A stretch of DNA of 64,000 nucleotides from Chloroflexota bacterium (GTDB lineage: Bacteria; Chloroflexota; Dehalococcoidia; Lucifugimonadales; UBA3495): the NCBI GenBank assembly GCA_028874075.1, contig JAPPLU010000087.1:6738-70737 (forward strand). The letters are read 5' to 3'. The notes below the pieces were generated by a model. The model did not search any database. It was not told the origin of the DNA and worked only from the letters and a program-made list of their open reading frames with translations. The position numbers were made by a program, and so were the translations under genes. Numbering within the stretch: the stretch's first letter is position 1; the number at the start of each line of letters is the position of its first letter. Of the stretch, positions 27,462-35,107 are shown one piece after another.

Positions 27462-27959
27462 CTAGGTTCGCTGCTGCTCCTGCTCCAGCCGCCGCCGTTC
27501 CCGGGTGGTGATGGCGCGGATGGCCTCATCAATGCCCATGCGGCCCACGGGGCCGGAGGCATACATCGCCCCCAGGACCACTCCGCCTCGGCCCAGAAGG
27601 AACTCCGAGGGCTGGATGTAGCCGTCGTGGTCATCCGACCACCAGGCCCCTATCTTATCGCCATCTTCCCTGGTCGCCCCATACCCTACGGGGAAGGTCA
27701 ACCCCTTGCCAACAACCTCGGTGGACTGTTCCAGGGTGTCGGTGCTGATGGCGTAGATGGTGGCTTCCAGTCCCTCCAGTTCGGTCTTCTTCTCTTCCCA
27801 CGCGGCCAACTGCCGCATGCAGTAGGGTCACCAGTGGCCCCGGTAGAACAGCACCGCCGCATACCGCCCGGTCATATCCTCGGGAATGCGTATTTGCTTG
27901 CCGTCCACCGTGTTAAAGGTCAAAGACGGGAACCGGTCTCCCTGTTGCAGCTTTTCCAT
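27462..27959 (-). CDS. Peroxiredoxin-like (AhpC/TSA-redoxin fold) protein with in-frame TGA; candidate selenoprotein (U44-P-Y-C47)
   Basis: ATG at 27959 has GGGAGG upstream. It reads 43 codons ending ...VLFYRGHW, then TGA (27830-27828), then the same frame runs PYCMRQLAAWEE... to the stop at 27462. The TGA replaces the first Cys of the family WCPYC motif. Confidence 0.65.
27799..27819 (-). promoter_or_regulatory. SECIS-like hairpin downstream of the in-frame TGA
   Basis: Minus strand: catgcggc-AGUUG-gccgcgtg. The stem is 8 bp with one G-U pair and starts 8 nt after the TGA. The loop contains GU. Confidence 0.4.
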
Positions 27960-27995
27960 AGCATGCCTCCCTTGGGGTTTGCCCTGGCAGTCGCC

Positions 27996-29222
27996 CTAAT
28001 CGTCGGCGGCCGTGGGCACCGCATCCTCCGCTACGCCCTCGGGCCACCAGGGGTCTTCGTAGCCGCTCCAGATATCCTTGATGTGGGGCATTACCTCTTT
28101 GGCGAACAGTTCGGTGTTCTTCAGGGTCAGGTCCTTGGGCATGGTGCCGATGTGGAGCAGACACATCAGGTGGCCCACCCGCAGCAGGTTGATGGCCTCG
28201 GTCAGCCGTTCCCTCACCGTTTCGGGGCTGCCGGCGATAACGTGGCCCTGCTCGACAAAGTCCTCCCAACCCAACTCGCTGGCTGCCTTCTGCGCCTCCT
28301 CGCCAATCTGGGGCCGCAGCGACTCCCGCACCGAGGTTATTGACCGGTAGCCTGGCGACTCGGCAAAGGGAGCGTGGATGCGCAGCATCTTCTGGTAGAA
28401 ATACTTGACGTGGTCTTCGTACTCCTCCTTGGCCGATTCGTCGGTCTCGGAGACGCAGATTAGTTGAAGGAAGCCCAGCCGGTAGGGGTTGTCGTCGATT
28501 CCCCGTTCCGCCACCCGATTCCAGAAGCCGTCCACCACCCGCTTGCCCCGCAGATAGCCAAAGTAGCTCAGGTAGCAGTAGACATAGTCCCGGTCCAGCA
28601 CCCAATCCCAGGTTTCCAGGCTGCCGCTGCCTGGAATCCAGACCGGCGGGTGGGGCTGCTGCAGAGGCCGGGGCCAGATGCTGACGTAACGCAGCTTGTT
28701 GTACTTGCCGTTGAAGATGAAGGGTTCCCGCTCAGACCAGGCCTTCATAATCAGGTCGTGGGCCTCGGTGTGCTTCTCCCGCAGGGTGATGGGCACCTGG
28801 CCATAGGAGAAGGTGGTGTCCATGGAGGTGCCCACGGGAAAACCGGCCACCAGCCGGCCGCCGCTCATCAGGTCCAGCATGGCCATTTCTTCGGCTACCC
28901 TCAGGGGAGGCTGGTACAGGGCCAGACTGTTGCCCAGCACCACCAGAGCCGCCCGGGAGGTGGAACGGGACAGCACGGAGGCGATGAGGTTGGGCGAGGG
29001 CATGATGCCGTAGGCATTGTTGTGGTGCTCGTTGACGCACACCCCGTCAAAGCCCATCTGGTCGGCGTACTGCAGTTCGTCCAGGTAATCGGTATAGTGA
29101 TGCTGGCCCAGTTCCGGGTCGAAGTTTTCGTTGGGCAGGTCCACCCAGGCACTGTGGTGCCTGGACTCGAAGTCCTGGGGCAGGTGCTGGTAGGGCATCA
29201 GGTGGAAGAAGGAGACTTTCAT
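27996..29222 (-). CDS. LLM class flavin-dependent oxidoreductase
   Basis: ATG at 29222 (MKVSFFHLMPYQ...). Motif: FDGVCVNEHHNNAYGIMPSPN. The track ORF extends to 29291. Confidence 0.9.
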   Translation of the reverse strand: MKVSFFHLMPYQHLPQDFESRHHSAWVDLPNENFDPELGQHHYTDYLDELQYADQMGFDGVCVNEHHNNAYGIMPSPNLIASVLSRSTSRAALVVLGNSLALYQPPLRVAEEMAMLDLMSGGRLVAGFPVGTSMDTTFSYGQVPITLREKHTEAHDLIMKAWSEREPFIFNGKYNKLRYVSIWPRPLQQPHPPVWIPGSGSLETWDWVLDRDYVYCYLSYFGYLRGKRVVDGFWNRVAERGIDDNPYRLGFLQLICVSETDESAKEEYEDHVKYFYQKMLRIHAPFAESPGYRSITSVRESLRPQIGEEAQKAASELGWEDFVEQGHVIAGSPETVRERLTEAINLLRVGHLMCLLHIGTMPKDLTLKNTELFAKEVMPHIKDIWSGYEDPWWPEGVAEDAVPTAADD

Positions 29223-29752
29223 AAGGCTCACCCGCGGCTGTGTTTGGGGCCGATGTTTGGGAGATAATAGCACATACTTGGCCCTCTCCATAGCTGAACC
29301 GGTCAGGTCCCTAAAACCGTCTTACCAGCGAGAGGCTGAAGCCAAGAATTAAACCAGCTTGCGATTTATGGGAGAAAGAGATTTCTGAGCCCAGCCTCCG
29401 AATTCAGGTACATTTTACAGAGTAGGAGAAGGATCAAACCCCCTACCTTATCAACCCACAAAATCCATCCCCATCGCAAAACCCTGCCCCCTCAAGACAT
29501 TCCCATCTCACTTGAGGCTCCAGCTGTATCTACACTGGGTGCGGGTTTGTAACCCGCCCTGCAATAGCGGGGACAACACCACTGGTCAACCAACCTCCCC
29601 TTCCTCTGGCCAAGGGGTCCGGAGATAAGGGCCCACTCAAAATAAGACCACATGAAACTACAATCCAAAGACTCTCACCTCATACGGACTGCTCGTCGCC
29701 TGCAGCGCTTGCTGCGTTGCCTAACGCCATATACCAATGGCCCGGTGTCCCG

Positions 29753-29761
29753 TGTTAGAAT
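29753..29761 (+). promoter_or_regulatory. Candidate extended -10 promoter (TGtTAGAAT)
   Basis: Located 72 nt upstream of the LLM gene at 29833. Confidence 0.3.
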
Positions 29762-29832
29762 GACTCCAATCTTGGAACGGGTTGTTGCTAAACGCACGCT
29801 GAAAGCGGGAGCAACGCCGGGGAGGACTAGGC

Positions 29833-31011
29833 ATGGCAGTCAATGGCAACGGCAAATCCCAACGGATGAAATTTGGCGTTTTCATGGCCCCCTTCCACCG
29901 GGTGGGCGAGAATCCTACGCTGGCCCTGGAACGCGACCTGGAATTGCTCCAGTGGCTGGACATGCTGGGATTCGACGAAGCCTACATCGGGGAGCACCAC
30001 TCGGCCGGATGGGAAACCATCGCCTCACCCGAGGTGTTCATCGCCACGGCGGCCGAGCGCACCCGCAACATTCGGCTGGGCACCGGCGTTATCAGCCTAC
30101 CCTACCATCACCCCCTGATGGTGGCCAACCGCATGGTGCTGCTGGACCACCTGACCAAGGGCAGAGTAATCCTGGGCGTTGGGCCGGGGGCCCTGGCTTC
30201 CGACGCCCTGATGTTGGGCATAGATCCTGCTCGCCAGCGGGAGATGATGGACGAGTCTCTGGGCATCATTCTCCGTTTATTCACGGAATCGGACCCCATC
30301 ACCTACAAAAGCGACTGGTTCGAACTTAACGAGGCGGTGCTGCAGCTTCGGCCCTACCAGCAGCCCCATCTGCCCGTGGCCGTGGCATCGGTACAGTCCC
30401 CGGCGGGAGTAACTGTGGCCGGCAAGCACGGAGCCTCCGTCCTTTCCATGAGCATCCCCCGGGACACCGTGCGTTCCACCAGCCTGAAGGAGTTGTGGTC
30501 GATTGCCGAGGACTCGGCGGCGGAACACGGCAAGGAGGTCCACCGGGAGGACTGGGGCCTGGTGGTGGGCATGCACCTGGCCGAGAGCAAGAAGGAAGCC
30601 ATTGAGGACATACGGGTTGGCGGTGGGCGCCTGGTTACGGAGTACTTCGGCAGGACCCTGGGCAACGAAGTCCCCGATGTCCCCCAGGACCAGATTGTTG
30701 ACTTCATGATTGAGCATAACCAGTGGATAGTGGGCACACCCGACGACTGCATTGCGGGCATCGAACGTCTGCAAGAAATCAGCGGCGGATTCGGCAGCTT
30801 TATGATAAGGGTGGAGGACTGGGCGCCCAGAGAGAAAATTCTCCATAGCTATGAGCTGCTGGCCCGCTATGTGATGCCCCACTTCCAGGGCAGCCTGGTA
30901 GGTATCCAGACTTCCAATCGGTGGGCGCAAGAGCGTAAGGATGCGCTGCAGGCCAACCGGATTACCGGGCTACGGCAGGCCACAGACTCCTATTACGCCA
31001 ACCGCGAATAG
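29833..31011 (+). CDS. LLM class flavin-dependent oxidoreductase (LimB-like)
   Basis: 392-aa ORF. Motif: MKFGVFMAPFH...FDEAYIGEHHSAGWE. The start may instead be at 29866. Confidence 0.9.
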   Translation: MAVNGNGKSQRMKFGVFMAPFHRVGENPTLALERDLELLQWLDMLGFDEAYIGEHHSAGWETIASPEVFIATAAERTRNIRLGTGVISLPYHHPLMVANRMVLLDHLTKGRVILGVGPGALASDALMLGIDPARQREMMDESLGIILRLFTESDPITYKSDWFELNEAVLQLRPYQQPHLPVAVASVQSPAGVTVAGKHGASVLSMSIPRDTVRSTSLKELWSIAEDSAAEHGKEVHREDWGLVVGMHLAESKKEAIEDIRVGGGRLVTEYFGRTLGNEVPDVPQDQIVDFMIEHNQWIVGTPDDCIAGIERLQEISGGFGSFMIRVEDWAPREKILHSYELLARYVMPHFQGSLVGIQTSNRWAQERKDALQANRITGLRQATDSYYANRE

Positions 31012-31134
31012 ACGCCAGCCGGGCTAAAGGAACCTCCGCGAGAGTCCCTCCCTTCGTTGAGCGGGCAGATAAGGATGGGGGTGACGTTACTTCCATAGAG
31101 GCTTCCCGAAGCTGGGCCAAAGGGGGAAACCGCC

Positions 31135-32580
31135 TTGAGAAAGACGAAGATCATCGCCACCATAGGCCCGGTTTCCCGGGACCCTGAAACGCTGGAACAA
31201 TTGATCCTGGCCGGAATGGACTGCGCCAGGCTCAATTTTTCCCACGGCACGTTCGCTGAACACGAAGAGGTAATTCACAACGTCCGACTCCTGTCGGAAA
31301 AGCACGGGCGCCCAGTCAGCATCTTGCAGGACCTGGGAGGCGTCAAGCTACGTCTGGGCCAGATGACAGAGGGGCTGAACCTGAACTACGGCCAAGAGTA
31401 CTTGGTAACGGCGGACGAGGCATCAAGCGACCCTACCGTTATCCCATTCCCCGAGCCCGGCGTTTTGCGCAACCTCCAAGAAGGCAACGTTGTGTTCATC
31501 TCCGACGGCACTGTGTGCCTGGAGGTGCTGGAAACCGACGGCCTCCAGGTGAGGACGCGGGTACGAAACGGAGGCACCATCTCTTCCTACAAGGGGGTAA
31601 ACCTGCCGGGCGTTTCCATCGATATGCCGGTGCTGACCGAGGACGACAAAGCTGCATTGCGTTTTGGCGTTGAACAGAAGGTGGATTGGGTGGCCGTTTC
31701 CTTTGTGCGAACAGGAACGGACGTTCGCGAGGCAAGAGAGTTTCTGCAAAGCATCGGCAGCCAAGCCCCGATAATGGCCAAGCTGGAGCGGAGCGAAGGC
31801 ATCGACAACCTGGACGACATTCTGCGGGAAGTGGACGGGGTGATGGTGGCCAGGGGCGACCTGGGGGTGGAGATTCCCATGGAGCGGGTGCCCCTGGTGC
31901 AGAAGGAGATTGTGAGCAAGGCCAACGAGGCGGCCAAGTCTTCCTGCATCGCCACGCAGATGCTGCGGTCCATGGTGGTGTCTCCCACGCCCACCCGGGC
32001 CGAGGTTTCCGACATCAGCAACGCGGTGCTGGACGGTTGCGATTCCATCCTGCTTTCCGACGAAATCGCGGTGGGCGCCTACCCGGTGGAGGCAGTCAGG
32101 GTGGCGGACATCACGATCCGCGAGGCGGAGAAGATATACCCCTACTACAAGGACTTTCGTTCGCGGGACCGCACCCAGGCCATAGCCGCCGGGGCCAGTC
32201 GGCTGGCCAGGGAGTTAAACTCCAAGCCCATCGTAATTACCAGCACCGGCCGCGCCGCCAACGAGGTTTCCCGCTACCGGCCCGAGGGCGACATTATCGT
32301 CTTCGCCCACGACGAGGCCACCCTGCGGCGGCTGACCCTGGGGTGGGGCCTGCAACCCAGTGGCGTAATACCGCCGGAGCAGGATATATCCAAGCTTGTG
32401 GCCATGCTCATGCGGGGCGCGCTGGACACGGGGCTGGTCAACGAATCGGACGTGGTAACCATCGTCCACGGCAGTCTCACCGGCGTTTCCGGCACCACCA
32501 ACACCATCCAAGTGCTGGACGTAGGGGAGTATATGTCCAGGTATGCGGAGTTGGTGGAAGCTGCGGCGCCGGGAGTTTAG
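31135..32580 (+). CDS. pyk: Pyruvate kinase
   Basis: 481-aa ORF. Motifs: RKTKIIATIGP, MVARGDLGVEIP, and ATQMLRSM (variant of the ATQMLESM motif). Confidence 0.95.
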   Translation: MRKTKIIATIGPVSRDPETLEQLILAGMDCARLNFSHGTFAEHEEVIHNVRLLSEKHGRPVSILQDLGGVKLRLGQMTEGLNLNYGQEYLVTADEASSDPTVIPFPEPGVLRNLQEGNVVFISDGTVCLEVLETDGLQVRTRVRNGGTISSYKGVNLPGVSIDMPVLTEDDKAALRFGVEQKVDWVAVSFVRTGTDVREAREFLQSIGSQAPIMAKLERSEGIDNLDDILREVDGVMVARGDLGVEIPMERVPLVQKEIVSKANEAAKSSCIATQMLRSMVVSPTPTRAEVSDISNAVLDGCDSILLSDEIAVGAYPVEAVRVADITIREAEKIYPYYKDFRSRDRTQAIAAGASRLARELNSKPIVITSTGRAANEVSRYRPEGDIIVFAHDEATLRRLTLGWGLQPSGVIPPEQDISKLVAMLMRGALDTGLVNESDVVTIVHGSLTGVSGTTNTIQVLDVGEYMSRYAELVEAAAPGV

Positions 32581-32911
32581 GGAACTTCTGATCAACATCA
32601 TTTCGACCTGATCTGGAATCCCAAGGGTCTGCCCACTGATGTCGGCTTTCGCCAGCATGCAGGTAGCCCCGATATGACGATGACCTGTTCAGGCCTCCCT
32701 CATATCCCTCTATCAAACTTCTATCCCTGACGGCGGCCCGACATCCAATCCTTCGTAGAGGTTGCCGCCAGATATCTCTGACGGCAATAGCTCCAGCAAT
32801 AGTGAAGTTCCGTATTCACCGGTCTCAGTTAAGTCCCAATCAGGTGGGAGTCATTTATCGGAATAGATTAAATGAACTCGCCGGTTTCGCTCACTGAATC
32901 TCCTCACCAAG

Positions 32912-32937
32912 AAGGGGCACCGTTCTTGGCGCCCCTT
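32912..32937. terminator. Hairpin between convergent pyk and gltD
   Basis: aaggggcaccgttcttggcgcccctt. GC-rich stem with weak T tracts on both strands. Confidence 0.4.
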
Positions 32938-32966
32938 TAGCCTTACTCAACTTGTCGATGGACCTC

Positions 32967-34421
32967 TTAGGGCGTCGGCATTGACCTTGGCAATGTGCTG
33001 CTGCCCACCAAGTACTGGTCTGCACCACGGGCTACCTCGCGGCCCTCGGCGATGGCCCAGACAACCAGGGACTGGCCCCGGGCCATGTCGCCGCCGGCGA
33101 AGACGCCGGGGACGCTGGTCATCTTGTTCTCGTCAACCTGCACGTTACCCCGGCCGTCCAGGTCCACCCCCAGGTCGGTAAGCATGCCCTCGTGTTCGGG
33201 GTGCAGGAAGCCCATGGCCAGCAGCACCAGGTCCGTCTCAACTTCCATCTCGCTGCCGGGGACTTCGTTCATGACGAAGCGGCCATCCTCGCCGGTAGTC
33301 CAGTCCACCCGCACGGCGTGGAGCTTTTCCACCTGGCCGTTGCTGCCCGTAAAGGACTTAGTCAGGATGTTATAGTCGCGGATTCCACCCTCTTCATGGG
33401 CTGCGGATGAGCGGAGAATCATGGGCCATTGGGGCCAGGGATTGTCGGGGCGGCGCTCCTCCGGCGGTTCGGGAAGCAATTCAAACTGGTAGACCACCTC
33501 GGCCCCCTGGCGGTGGGCCGTGCCCAGGCAGTCGGCACCCGTGTCGCCCCCGCCCAGGATTACCACCCGCTTGCCCTCGGCGGTGATGTGCTCCTCAAGG
33601 TCAATATCCTCGCCGGCCAGCAGTTTGTTCTGCTGGGGGAGATAGTCCATGGCCAGGTGAATGCCGTCCAGTTCCCGCCCCGGTACGGGCAGGTCGCGGG
33701 CCTGGGTGGAGCCTCCGGTCAGGCAGACGGCGTCGTACTCTTCCAGCAGGTCCTTGACGGGGTAATTGACGCCCACGTTGACGCCGGTGCGAAACTCGAC
33801 GCCCTCGTCGGCCATTAGCTGGACACGCCGGCGGACCACGTCCTTGTCCAGCTTGAAGTCGGGGATGCCCAGCATCAGCAGGCCGCCAATGTAGTCGGCC
33901 CGCTCGAAAACGGTGACCCGGTGGCCGGCGCGGTTAAGCTGCTGGGCGGTAGCCAGGCCGGCGGGTCCGGAACCCACCACCGCCACCTTTTTGCCGGTTC
34001 GGTGGTCCGGCGGCTGGGGCTTGATCCAGCCCTCCTTGTAACCGCGGTCGGAGATTTCCTTCTCTATGTACTCGATGGTCACTGGATCGGTGTTTATGCT
34101 CAGTACGCAGGATGCTTCGCAGGGGGCAGGGCAGATGCGGCCGGTGAACTCGGGGAAGTTGTTGGTGCTGAGCAGCACATCCAACGCCTTCTGCCAGTCC
34201 CCCATGTATACGTGGTGGTTGAATTCTGGGATGACGTTGCCCAGGGGGCAGCCCATGTGGCAGAAAGGGACGGCACAGTCCATGCACCGGGAACCCTGTT
34301 CCCTGGCATCGGGTTCGGGCCAGTCCAGATAGAGTTCCTGGTAGTCGCCCTTGCGTTCGGCGACGGGACGGCGACTGGGCGGCCGGCGTCCGAAATCCAT
34401 AAATCCGGTAGGTTTACCCAT
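32967..34421 (-). CDS. gltD: Glutamate synthase (NADPH) small subunit
   Basis: 484-aa ORF. N-terminal Fe-S Cys clusters and VAVVGSGPAGL / VVILGGGDTGADC dinucleotide folds. Confidence 0.95.
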   Translation of the reverse strand: MGKPTGFMDFGRRPPSRRPVAERKGDYQELYLDWPEPDAREQGSRCMDCAVPFCHMGCPLGNVIPEFNHHVYMGDWQKALDVLLSTNNFPEFTGRICPAPCEASCVLSINTDPVTIEYIEKEISDRGYKEGWIKPQPPDHRTGKKVAVVGSGPAGLATAQQLNRAGHRVTVFERADYIGGLLMLGIPDFKLDKDVVRRRVQLMADEGVEFRTGVNVGVNYPVKDLLEEYDAVCLTGGSTQARDLPVPGRELDGIHLAMDYLPQQNKLLAGEDIDLEEHITAEGKRVVILGGGDTGADCLGTAHRQGAEVVYQFELLPEPPEERRPDNPWPQWPMILRSSAAHEEGGIRDYNILTKSFTGSNGQVEKLHAVRVDWTTGEDGRFVMNEVPGSEMEVETDLVLLAMGFLHPEHEGMLTDLGVDLDGRGNVQVDENKMTSVPGVFAGGDMARGQSLVVWAIAEGREVARGADQYLVGSSTLPRSMPTP

Positions 34422-34500
34422 ATTGAGTTACTTCCAGCCTTCTAATGTGCTACTGCTTTCCGGCACTTTAGCTTCCTTGCGTGGACAAACGTCACCCGAA

Positions 34501-35049
34501 TCAGGAAAACAACACGGACAAGGGCAACTCCCAACCCTCCACCACATCGCCACCGAAAAGCGTATCTTCTTCAGTCAAAATCTCAATGTCATGCCTGGAG
34601 CGGTAGACCGTAACGATGCGGCGGCGAGGGTCAACGGTCACCACCATCCGGCAGCCAGCATCCACCCACTCCATCACCATCTCCTTGACTTCCGTATAGG
34701 AATCGCCCGGTGATATTACTTCAATAGCCAAATCAGGTGCCCCAGGTCGAAACCCTGGCAGTACACCCGTTTCCTCAATCACTTCCCTCCGGACAAAAGC
34801 CACGTCAGGCGCCCTTACGGTATCTGGATTGCGCGCGATAATGAATCCTGTTCCAGCCAAAAAGACCGCGCCAAGGTCATTAGTTTCTACGTGCTGACCC
34901 AATCGCCGACCCGCTCTCATTCCTACTTGACCATGTTCATCACCCGCCGGAGCCATTTCACGCAATTCTCCCCGCACTAACTCCCGCCGCACGTGTTTGT
35001 CCGGCAACAGCAGCAATTGTTCAGCGGTTATGGTGGTTGCGGTGGTCAT
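34501..35049 (-). CDS. Uma2 family (DUF820) endonuclease
   Basis: 182-aa ORF. Motifs: ELVRGEL..MAP.G..HG, PDVAFV and PDLAIEVISP, typical of Uma2. Confidence 0.85.
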   Translation of the reverse strand: MTTATTITAEQLLLLPDKHVRRELVRGELREMAPAGDEHGQVGMRAGRRLGQHVETNDLGAVFLAGTGFIIARNPDTVRAPDVAFVRREVIEETGVLPGFRPGAPDLAIEVISPGDSYTEVKEMVMEWVDAGCRMVVTVDPRRRIVTVYRSRHDIEILTEEDTLFGGDVVEGWELPLSVLFS

Positions 35050-35107
35050 AAGAAATAAACACTAGCGGGTTTAGGCGAAAAGTAGACAACGGCGTACCCG
35101 GCCCACG

